This document shows positions 42,883-50,116 of a stretch of DNA of 50,116 nt, one piece after another. Made by a program: the position numbers and the translations under genes. The DNA comes from a virus (lineage: Duplodnaviria; Caudoviricetes): IMG/VR virus record IMGVR_UViG_3300012843_000003, positions 1-50,116 of that record. One strand, written 5' to 3'. How positions within the stretch are numbered: position 1 is the stretch's first letter; each line of letters starts with the position of its first letter. The notes under the pieces are model-generated. The model was not told the origin of the DNA, ran no database searches, and worked only from the letters and a program-made list of their open reading frames with translations.

Positions 42883-43980
42883 ATGTCCGCACAAACCGAA
42901 CTGGCCGCTGTGCCGCCGAAAGAAACAGCCCTGCAAGTGTTCCAATCGCCGAACGGCCTGGAGCCGTACCTGCAGAAAATCCGCGATGAGATCGACGCCT
43001 TCGTCCCGGACGTATCCACCCGCAAGGGCCGCGAGGCCATCGCCTCGATCGCGTACAAGGTGGCCCGGTCTAAGACCGCGCTGGACAACGTCGGCAAGGA
43101 TCTGGTGGCCGATCTCAAGGAGATCCCGAAGAAGATCGACGCCGAGCGCAAGCGGATGCGCGACACCCTGGACGCCTGGCAGGAAGAGGGTCGCCGGCCG
43201 CTGAACGATTGGCAGGCCGCCGAGGATACCCGAGTTGACCGGCACCAAGCGCGCATCCAGCAGCTGCGCGACTTGGTGGACGTTGAAACGCTGTTTGCGG
43301 AGGGCATCCGCTTCAAGATCGACAACGCCGAAGCAGTCGTTATTGACGAAGGCTTCGAAGAGTTCGAGGCAGAGGCGCACCAGGTCAAAGCAAGAACGCT
43401 GGAGTCCCTACGCGCATCACTGGCCAGGCAGGAGAAGTACGAGGCGGAGCAGGCAGAGCTGGAGCGCCTGCGCGCCGAGACTGCCGCCCGCGAGCAGAAG
43501 GAGCGCGAGGAGCGCATCGCACGGGAAGCAGAAGAACGCGCCCGTCGCGAGGCTGAGCAGAAGGCCCAGGCAGAACGAGAAGCCGTGCTACGCCGCGAGC
43601 AGGAAGCCAAGGCCGCCTCCGAGCGCCGGGAGTTGGAGCTGAAGCTGCAGGCTGAACAGGCCGAGCGCGCCAGGGTGCAGGCCGAAGCCGACCGCGTGGC
43701 CGCCGAGCAGCGGATGGAGCAGGAGCGCCAGGCAGCAGCACTGCAGGCTGAGCGCGACATTGAACTAGCCCGCGAGGACGAGCGCCGCCGCGCCGATGCC
43801 GCTGCCGCCGAGATCCTCAGGCAGCAAGAGGCCCGCGAGCGCGACCAAGCCCACAAGACCAAAGTCATGGGTGAGGCCAAAACCGCTTTGATGTCACTGA
43901 ACATCACCGAGGAGTTGGCCAGGGCCATCGTGCTCAAGATCGCCCGCCGCGAAGTCCCGAACATCACTATCAACTTCTGA
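42883..43980 (+). CDS. Long coiled-coil phage protein (often mis-annotated TolA-like)
   Basis: 'KGREAIASIAYKVARSKTALDNVGK', long E/A/R-rich helix. Confidence 0.8.
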   Translation: MSAQTELAAVPPKETALQVFQSPNGLEPYLQKIRDEIDAFVPDVSTRKGREAIASIAYKVARSKTALDNVGKDLVADLKEIPKKIDAERKRMRDTLDAWQEEGRRPLNDWQAAEDTRVDRHQARIQQLRDLVDVETLFAEGIRFKIDNAEAVVIDEGFEEFEAEAHQVKARTLESLRASLARQEKYEAEQAELERLRAETAAREQKEREERIAREAEERARREAEQKAQAEREAVLRREQEAKAASERRELELKLQAEQAERARVQAEADRVAAEQRMEQERQAAALQAERDIELAREDERRRADAAAAEILRQQEARERDQAHKTKVMGEAKTALMSLNITEELARAIVLKIARREVPNITINF

Positions 43981-43987
43981 GGTCGCC

Positions 43988-44746
43988 ATGAGCCAATTAG
44001 CCAGGGTCGAAACCCATTCCCAGCCGCCGGCCGTTGCCGCCGAGTCGGTGACCATCCTGCAGATCATCCAGCAAGTCGCAATGTCGCCCAATGCAGACAT
44101 CGACAAGATGGAGCGATTGATGGCGATGCACCGCCAGCACCAAGCGCAACAGGCGCAGCAAGCGTTCGATGCCGCCCTAGCCGCCATGCAGGAAGAGCTT
44201 CCGGTTATCCGTGAGCGCGGCGCAATCAAGGACAAGTACAAGAATGTCCAATCTACCTACGCCCTGTGGGAGGACATCAACGAAGAGCTGAAGCCCATCT
44301 TGGCGAGGCATGGTTTTGCACTGACCTTCCGAATTCCACGCGCCGAAAAAGGCATCGAGGTTGAGGGCGTGCTTAGTCATCGAGACGGCCACAGGGAAAC
44401 GACATCAATCCTCCTGCCAGCCGATGCTACCGGTAGCAAGAATGCCGTCCAGGCTGTTGCCAGTTCAGTCAGCTACGGGAAGCGCTACACGGCAGGCGCT
44501 CTTTTGAACTTCACCACCACCGGCGAAGACGATGACGGCCAAGGAGCCGTACCGACGCAGGTGGCTGACGAGCCGGTCATCACCCCGCGCCAAGCCGCCC
44601 AACTCGACGAGCTGCTGAAAAAATGCAGCCAGGTGCTGGTCGACAACTTCAACGCAAAGTACGGCTGCGCTGCCAACGTCTACAAATCCGAGTTCGACGT
44701 TGTGCTCGCTCGCCTCACCAAGTCGGCAAACCGGCCGCAGGAGTAA
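43988..44746 (+). CDS. erf: ERF-family single-strand annealing protein
   Basis: 'YALWEDI...KNAVQAVASSVSYGKRY...EDDDG'. Confidence 0.9.
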   Translation: MSQLARVETHSQPPAVAAESVTILQIIQQVAMSPNADIDKMERLMAMHRQHQAQQAQQAFDAALAAMQEELPVIRERGAIKDKYKNVQSTYALWEDINEELKPILARHGFALTFRIPRAEKGIEVEGVLSHRDGHRETTSILLPADATGSKNAVQAVASSVSYGKRYTAGALLNFTTTGEDDDGQGAVPTQVADEPVITPRQAAQLDELLKKCSQVLVDNFNAKYGCAANVYKSEFDVVLARLTKSANRPQE

Positions 44747-44749
44747 ACC

Positions 44750-45367
44750 ATGCAGATCATCTCAGATGTCGAACAAGGCACCCAGGCCTGGCTTGACCTG
44801 CGCCTGGGCATCATCACCTGCAGCGAACTTGACTGCCTGCTGGTGAACGGCAAGGGCGAGGCCGGCTTCGGTACTGGCGCCTTCACCTACATGAATACGC
44901 TGATCGGCGAGCGTATCACCGGCGAAGCGGCCGATCCGTTTAGCGGCAACCGACATACAGAGCGCGGCCATGAGCTGGAAGGCGTCGCCCGCAACCTCTA
45001 CCGCGATAGCGAGGAGGTCGAAACGACAGAGGTTGGGATCATCCTCAACCACGGAATCGGCTACTCGCCGGACGCCCTGGTAGGCGACAAGGGTCTGACC
45101 GAGATCAAGACCAAGCTGCCGAAGCTGCAGGTGGACGTGATCCTGGGCGGAGAGATCCCGAAGGAGCACGTCGCCCAGTGCCAGGGCGGACTTTGGGTGT
45201 CCGAGCGCGAGTGGATCGATTTCATCTGCTACTGGCCGGGCATGCCGCTGTTCGTGAAGCGCGCATACCGGGACGAAGCAATGATCCGCAAGCTCTCGGA
45301 GCGTGTGAAGACCTTTTACGAGATCCTCGACGAGCGCATGAACCGCGTTCTCGGCATTGCAGCATAG
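44750..45367 (+). CDS. YqaJ / lambda-type exonuclease
   Basis: '[13 protein letters not shown]...GYSPDALV...EIKT...QCQGGLWV'. Confidence 0.9.
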   Translation: MQIISDVEQGTQAWLDLRLGIITCSELDCLLVNGKGEAGFGTGAFTYMNTLIGERITGEAADPFSGNRHTERGHELEGVARNLYRDSEEVETTEVGIILNHGIGYSPDALVGDKGLTEIKTKLPKLQVDVILGGEIPKEHVAQCQGGLWVSEREWIDFICYWPGMPLFVKRAYRDEAMIRKLSERVKTFYEILDERMNRVLGIAA

Positions 45368-45375
45368 GAGGCCTC

Positions 45376-45903
45376 ATGGCCCGCGGAGTAAACAAAGTCA
45401 TCCTGGTAGGAACTTGCGGCCAGGACCCCGAGGTCCGTTACCTGCCCAACGGCAACGCGGTCACCAACCTGAGCCTGGCTACGAGTGAATCCTGGAACGA
45501 CAGACAGACCGGCCAAAAGGTCGAGAAGACCGAATGGCACCGCGTGGTGCTGTTCGGCAAGGTCGCTGAGATCGCCGGCGAATACCTGCGCAAAGGCTCT
45601 CAGTGCTACATCGAGGGCAAGCTGAAAACCCGCGAGTGGGAGAAGGACGGCATCAAGCGGTACGCCACAGAGGTGCACGTCGACATCAACGGCACCATGC
45701 AGCTGCTTGGCGGCCGGCCTGACAACCAAGGCGGCGGCCAGCAGCAACAGCGCCAGCCTCAGCAGCAACGGCAGCAGCCTCGCCAGCATTACAACCAGCA
45801 GCGCCAGGCGCCGAACCAGAACCAGCAGGCCGCGCCGCCCGACCACGAAAGCTTCGACGACGACATCCCGTTCGCCCCGCTCCACCATCTGGTAGGTGCA
45901 TAG
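45376..45903 (+). CDS. ssb: Single-stranded DNA-binding protein
   Basis: '[12 protein letters not shown]...EKTEWHRVV...DDDIPF'; start at 45376. Confidence 0.95.
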   Translation: MARGVNKVILVGTCGQDPEVRYLPNGNAVTNLSLATSESWNDRQTGQKVEKTEWHRVVLFGKVAEIAGEYLRKGSQCYIEGKLKTREWEKDGIKRYATEVHVDINGTMQLLGGRPDNQGGGQQQQRQPQQQRQQPRQHYNQQRQAPNQNQQAAPPDHESFDDDIPFAPLHHLVGA

Positions 45904-45905
45904 CC

Positions 45906-46094
45906 ATGCCCCTCGCCCCCATCCTCGACCTGCTCCAGCGCCGAAAGGAACTGGAGCAGAACCTGCAGTTGCTGTTCAACCGTAGCTGCCAGTGGAGCCG
46001 CGCCGAACGTGTGCGCGGCGCCGCCACCATCGAGAACCTGACTCAGCAGTTGTTCGAGATCACCGAGCAGATCGACTCGGTGCGCGCGGCATGA
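45906..46094 (+). CDS. Hypothetical protein
   Basis: 62-aa helical ORF coupled to its neighbours. Confidence 0.6.
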   Translation: MPLAPILDLLQRRKELEQNLQLLFNRSCQWSRAERVRGAATIENLTQQLFEITEQIDSVRAA

Positions 46095-46175
46095 GGCGGA
46101 TCAACAACCTGGTCTGCCAGCGCCGGCGCCAAGAACAGTTCCACCTGCCGCCCAGCGGCCTCACGGAGCACAGAC

Positions 46176-46541
46176 ATGCAGAAAGCACCCTCTGGAGTCG
46201 TAACCCTGCCGGCCTGGATGCATCGGCCGGTCAAGAAGCTGTACAACACCCGCAGCGGCGGCCAGTACCGGCCTGATGATGTGGCCCTGGCCTTTGCGCT
46301 GAGCCTGCGCGAGCACGACAGCGCCGACCACCTGCGCAGACTGGCCCGGCGCCTGGTCGACAAGGTTTGTTTGGAGCATCAGCCAAACATGAAGCGCGTG
46401 GCCCGCGAGCCGGACGACGCCAAGGTGTTCGACGCCGCGCTCAAGATCATCAACCGGGTGTGCGACCTGCTCGATATCGGGCCGGGCGCCACCTTCGTGC
46501 GCAATGGAGGCGATGATGGCTCTGACGCAGCAGCAGCGTGA
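46176..46541 (+). CDS. Hypothetical protein
   Basis: 121-aa ORF with GGAG RBS. Confidence 0.7.
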   Translation: MQKAPSGVVTLPAWMHRPVKKLYNTRSGGQYRPDDVALAFALSLREHDSADHLRRLARRLVDKVCLEHQPNMKRVAREPDDAKVFDAALKIINRVCDLLDIGPGATFVRNGGDDGSDAAAA

Positions 46542-46827
46542 CGAGAAGCGCAGGGCCAAGGCCGAGCGCCTGCAGGAAGAAGACCTGCGCTTGAAGGTTC
46601 GACCAGGGACTAAACAGGCCCTGCTGGAGCTGATGGAGTGGGCCGGAATCGAGGAACAGGGCGAGGCGATGACGCTGATGATTCACCACCTGCACGGGCT
46701 TGGACCAGGTGGCGCGCTTCCGCTGCTGGAACCTCCGCGCCACAAAATCACGGTTTCACCTGCTGTGGCGCGAAAGCTTCATCTATTCAGAGCTAGGGAG
46801 GAGCTCAGAATTTCTACGGTAGAGTGA
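46513..46827 (+). CDS. Hypothetical DNA-binding-like protein
   Basis: 'MALTQQQRDEKRRAK...LRLKVRPGTKQALLELMEW'; GGAGG RBS. Confidence 0.7.
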   Translation: MMALTQQQRDEKRRAKAERLQEEDLRLKVRPGTKQALLELMEWAGIEEQGEAMTLMIHHLHGLGPGGALPLLEPPRHKITVSPAVARKLHLFRAREELRISTVE

Positions 46828-46835
46828 ATCGCAGA

Positions 46836-46976
46836 CTACCCGCACTTCGGCTTAGGGGCTGGAGGTGCGTTTGGCGCCTTCGGCCGATTGGCTCTTGCAA
46901 CAGGCTGAGCTCCGTTCGAATCCTCGAAAGATGGCTGCCCATCCTGATCGGTCGTAAAGATTGCGTACGTTCCCAT
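46836..46976 (-). CDS. 46-aa proline-rich peptide 2 (not in ORF track)
   Basis: MGTYAIFTTDQDGQPSFEDSNGAQPVARANRPKAPNAPPAPKPKCG; GAGGT RBS. Confidence 0.65.
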   Translation of the reverse strand: MGTYAIFTTDQDGQPSFEDSNGAQPVARANRPKAPNAPPAPKPKCG

Positions 46977-47010
46977 TTAGTTTCGACCTCTGATTGATAT
47001 TGACTAGATC

Positions 47011-47148
47011 CTATTTTTTTGGCGGCGGTGGTGCTGCCGGAGCTTTCGGCCGGACATTGATAGGCTTGCCGGGATTGGCATTGTTGATTTTTACGTCAGA
47101 ATCTGGACGAACAACGCGAGGGATAGGGCGTGGTGCTTCGCTTGACAT
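47011..47148 (-). CDS. 45-aa proline-rich peptide 1 (not in ORF track)
   Basis: MSSEAPRPIPRVVRPDSDVKINNANPGKPINVRPKAPAAPPPPKK; starts 6 nt after the DUF6338 stop. Confidence 0.7.
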   Translation of the reverse strand: MSSEAPRPIPRVVRPDSDVKINNANPGKPINVRPKAPAAPPPPKK

Positions 47149-47154
47149 AATTAC

Positions 47155-47751
47155 CTACCAGGTTTTTTCCGTGAATTCGACCCACTGTACCCGAGATGCT
47201 TCAATCGTGAACAGGTCAGCGCTGAGAGAGGTTTCCTCGCCTTCATCGTCCAACCATGCGGGATCTTGCAGTACGAACTGTCCCTCTTTGGGCTCCGTTG
47301 GAAAATGCAAAGGCCACCCATAGATTCGGCGCTCGTCGACTAGGTGCAATACAACATAGCGCTCAAACTCTGTGAACGCAGCGTACCACTCCGTCGGATA
47401 TGAGGTTTTCTTGGTGAATTTCTTATCTCTGAGCCATTTGTGCAGCCTATCCCGCGAAGCTAGATAGCATGCAGCCGCTCCGAGGCTCAGAGCGACCAGA
47501 GCAGACCAGATGGATTTAGTATTGCTCGTCCACTTGCCAAACGAATAGAAATGGTTGCCGCTCCATAAGGCCAACGACTCTATTAGACCTACGATTATCT
47601 GGATGACAAAGGTAAAAATCAGAGCCTGCACAATCTGCCCAAAGGTGTCGGGCCGCTTGAAAGCGGTAAAGGAATAAAAGATCCAGGCTGTTAGAAATCC
47701 AGGGATCAAATACTGCAGGAGAGGTATCACCTCTTTTACTAAATCATCCAT
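47155..47751 (-). CDS. DUF6338-like membrane protein
   Basis: 'LLQYLIPGF', three TM helices, 'YPTEWY...VVLHLVDERRIYGWP...WVEF'; AT-richer; start at 47751. Confidence 0.75.
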   Translation of the reverse strand: MDDLVKEVIPLLQYLIPGFLTAWIFYSFTAFKRPDTFGQIVQALIFTFVIQIIVGLIESLALWSGNHFYSFGKWTSNTKSIWSALVALSLGAAACYLASRDRLHKWLRDKKFTKKTSYPTEWYAAFTEFERYVVLHLVDERRIYGWPLHFPTEPKEGQFVLQDPAWLDDEGEETSLSADLFTIEASRVQWVEFTEKTW

Positions 47752-47856
47752 GAGCAACCACTCTTCAACTCTTGCGACTCTTAATACCCCATCCCAAGCC
47801 AAATTGCCACCATGCCGCATCCGGCCACGGAGGGCGGCGCATGCATGGAGAAAGCC

Positions 47857-48480
47857 ATGACCCTGTTCTACCTGCAGGACAGTCGTACCGATGTCGGTGA
47901 TGGTCTGATGTTCTGGGCCCTGGGCGGTGGTTACACCACCAACCTCGACAGGGCCGAACTGTTCACCCAGGAGCAAGCCTGTGGCCACCGGGATACAGAC
48001 ATCCCCTGGCCAAAGAATTACGTCGATGCCCGCGCACATCTCGGCGTCGACCACCAGTACATCAGCATGGAAGAAGCTCGCGACCAGCTGAAGGCGGGAT
48101 GCACTGTGGTCCTACAGATCCCAGGGCACTGGAATGGGAATGACATTGCCTTCGCCAGGTGGCCAATAGGCCACACGTACCGATTCGAGAAAGCACACCA
48201 CCTAACCCTTGAGGCTGCCGAAGCGATCGGCAACGCGCCAGAGGAAGCAGTGATTTGGCCTTTGGCTTACCTCAAGGAAAAGGCAAGGCGCCTGGTGCAT
48301 AAGCGGGATGTGAACATCAAAGAAGCCCTGCACGGTACCGGCATCGCGCTGGTGAAGCCACGGAAGCAGCGCAAGGCCTGGCAGCGACCGCTCAATTGCC
48401 ACGGCTGCGGACGCTTCATCAGCTGGGACGGGCGATTCCTCAACGACTGCCAGAACTGCGGCGCGAACAACTGCCCCTGA
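47857..48480 (+). CDS. Hypothetical phage protein with C-terminal Zn ribbon
   Basis: 'FYLQDSR...FWALGGGYTTNLDRAELFT...CHGC...CQNC'. Confidence 0.75.
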   Translation: MTLFYLQDSRTDVGDGLMFWALGGGYTTNLDRAELFTQEQACGHRDTDIPWPKNYVDARAHLGVDHQYISMEEARDQLKAGCTVVLQIPGHWNGNDIAFARWPIGHTYRFEKAHHLTLEAAEAIGNAPEEAVIWPLAYLKEKARRLVHKRDVNIKEALHGTGIALVKPRKQRKAWQRPLNCHGCGRFISWDGRFLNDCQNCGANNCP

Positions 48481-48558
48481 ACCACCCGCGCTGCCCGCCA
48501 GCGCCTTCCCCTATTCAACGATAACGCCTCCCGGCGAGGCGCTTTTCATCACATAGGC

Positions 48559-49146
48559 TTAGGGGCTTACAAACGCGCCATAAAGAACAAAAGTAAATAA
48601 TCCTACGAGCCCCGCTACCCCCGCGAGAAAAACCGCCACTGCGCCATATTTCATGCGGCGAAATACAGTTTCACCTTCTTTGACTCTACGCCATTCCACC
48701 TTGAGGATAACTGCGAAGTCTCGTACTAACTCACGGCACAACTCTGCCGATTGATCCTGTCCGTTGCCAACAGAACCCTCTAGCTTGTCCAACTTTTCGA
48801 TCAGGGCTGCATGCTCTTTTGGATTGAGTCTAAGCATGATTCGATTACACAGCAAGTCTATTTTCGCATAGTCCTTTTGATGTAACTTCCAGAACTCTTT
48901 AACCTGCTCATTGAATTCCTCTTCCGGCAGCGCACGATCGATCGCGACATCGAACACACCTTCCAGTACGTTAAACTCACCCAGCAGCTCTGAAACATCG
49001 TTGCGGAGGGACTCTATCCATGACTGGCGAAATTCAGAAGTTTTATTTTCCTTAGCTAACACCGTGACAACGAATGTGATTAACGCGGCAATTAACGCCG
49101 CTACTATTGGACCGAGTACCGGAATAAAACTGCTAATTTTTTCCAC
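48559..49146 (-). CDS. AT-richer membrane moron (N- and C-terminal TM)
   Basis: GTG start with GGGAG RBS; 'SEFRQSWIESLRNDVSE', 'LRLNP', 'LKVEWRRVK'. Confidence 0.7.
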   Translation of the reverse strand: MEKISSFIPVLGPIVAALIAALITFVVTVLAKENKTSEFRQSWIESLRNDVSELLGEFNVLEGVFDVAIDRALPEEEFNEQVKEFWKLHQKDYAKIDLLCNRIMLRLNPKEHAALIEKLDKLEGSVGNGQDQSAELCRELVRDFAVILKVEWRRVKEGETVFRRMKYGAVAVFLAGVAGLVGLFTFVLYGAFVSP

Positions 49147-49198
49147 AAAAAACTCCCTAAAAAACCTACATGCGTAACTATACCGGCCAGGAGCCATC

Positions 49199-49963
49199 AT
49201 GCCCAATCGAATCGTCTGCCAGTTCAGTTGCGGCGCCGCGTCGGCGGTGGCCACCAAGCTGGCCTTGGCCGAATACAGCGACACCCATGACGTCCAGATC
49301 GTGAACGCCTTCCTCGCCAACGAGCATGAAGACAATCGTCGGTTCGCCCAGGACTGCGAAGCATGGTTCGGCCAGCCGATCACAGTCCTACGGGACGAGA
49401 AGTATGGCGCCGACGCCCATGAGGTGTACCGACGCGAGCGCTATATGAAGGGACGCACCGGCGCGCCCTGCACCAAGATCCTCAAGCGCCGCTTGCTCGA
49501 CTCTTGGAAGCAGCCCGGTGACGTGATGGTCTTCGGCTACACCGCCGAGGAGGCCGACAGGCTCGATGACTTTCGCGAGCGTAATCCAGATCGACCAGTG
49601 ATCGCCCCACTGATCGACCGCGGGCTGGGCAAGGACGACTGCAAGGCGATCCTGCTGCGCGCCGGTATTGAACTGCCGCTGATGTACCGCATGGGCTACG
49701 AGAACGCCAACTGCATCGGCTGCGTGAAGGGCGGCGAAGGCTACTTCCGGGCGATCCGCCAGGACTTTCCGGAGCAATTCGAGGCGCTGTGCACCATCCA
49801 GGATGAACTGGGCGAAGGCTCCTACCTGTTCCGCAATCGCACTACCAACGTCCGCTTCTCCCTTCGCGATCTTGGCGACGGCCCGGTGCGCCGCAACGAG
49901 AAGCTGCCGGCCTGCTCCTTCTTCTGCGAGCTCGCCGAAGCCGACATCATCGCCAAAGCCTGA
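49199..49963 (+). CDS. PAPS-reductase-like (adenine nucleotide alpha hydrolase) protein
   Basis: 'FSCGAASAVA' PP-loop variant; 'CTKILK', 'NANCIGCVKGG', 'CSFFC'. Confidence 0.75.
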   Translation: MPNRIVCQFSCGAASAVATKLALAEYSDTHDVQIVNAFLANEHEDNRRFAQDCEAWFGQPITVLRDEKYGADAHEVYRRERYMKGRTGAPCTKILKRRLLDSWKQPGDVMVFGYTAEEADRLDDFRERNPDRPVIAPLIDRGLGKDDCKAILLRAGIELPLMYRMGYENANCIGCVKGGEGYFRAIRQDFPEQFEALCTIQDELGEGSYLFRNRTTNVRFSLRDLGDGPVRRNEKLPACSFFCELAEADIIAKA

Positions 49964-49976
49964 CACGGGACTCACC

Positions 49977-50116
49977 ATGACCACTGCAATAGACCTGTTC
50001 GCCGGCCTCGGCGGATGGAGTACCGGCGCGCGCGCCGCAGGCGTCCAGGTTCTCTGGGCGGCAAACCACTGGCCGGTGGCCGTTGAATGGCACAGCGCCA
50101 ACCACCCCGACACGCA
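49977..50116 (+). CDS. DNA cytosine-5 methyltransferase, 5' part (runs off the window)
   Basis: MTTAIDLFAGLGGWSTGARAAGV...AANHWPVAVEWHSANHP; FAGxGG motif I. Confidence 0.85.
   Translation, partial: MTTAIDLFAGLGGWSTGARAAGVQVLWAANHWPVAVEWHSANHPDT

Larger units (their letters stand above)
1..50116. mobile_element. Lambdoid siphovirus prophage (both ends probably outside the window)
   Basis: Continuous lambda-like gene order: cI/cro switch, O/P, nin, Q-like, holin, terminase, portal, capsid, tail G-H-M-L-K-I-J, fibre, lysin; no host housekeeping genes, integrase or att seen. Confidence 0.95.

Noticed and set aside
42883-43980. TolA
   Set aside because: No TM anchor or TolA C-domain; the similarity is only low-complexity E/A/R helix
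1-50116. att sites and integrase
   Set aside because: No recombinase ORF or flanking direct repeat recognised; probably beyond the window edges

Overview
The whole window is one lambdoid (long non-contractile tail) temperate prophage, GC-rich and most consistent with a Pseudomonas host (inferred from gene families). From right to left on the minus strand: cro, four small ribbon-helix-helix-like genes, rha/antirepressor, O/P replication, nin region, Q-like regulator, holin with a first spanin pair, terminase, portal, head, tail (G/GT frameshift, H, M, L, K, I, J, a five-knob tail fibre), then an endolysin with a second spanin pair. On the plus strand: cI, a SPOR-like membrane gene, and the early-left operon (PL7 alginate-lyase-like gene, ERF, exonuclease, SSB, PAPS-reductase-like gene, start of a cytosine methyltransferase). 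No integrase or att site is visible in the window. Operators, the PR/PL/PR' promoters, boxA, origin iterons and two LexA boxes can be read directly. The most unusual observations are: (1) an antisense cassette of a DUF6338-like membrane protein followed by two paralogous proline-rich peptides missing from the ORF track; (2) a dispersed 36-37 bp inverted repeat in four copies, always oriented with transcription; (3) an A-B-A'-B' array of small RHH-like genes at the cII position with a candidate palindromic target; (4) a highly structured PL leader with boxA but no evident N gene; (5) a signal-less PL7 lyase as first early gene; (6) two complete spanin pairs plus an LprI-like lysozyme inhibitor. 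Family assignments come from recognising motifs by eye, not from database searches.
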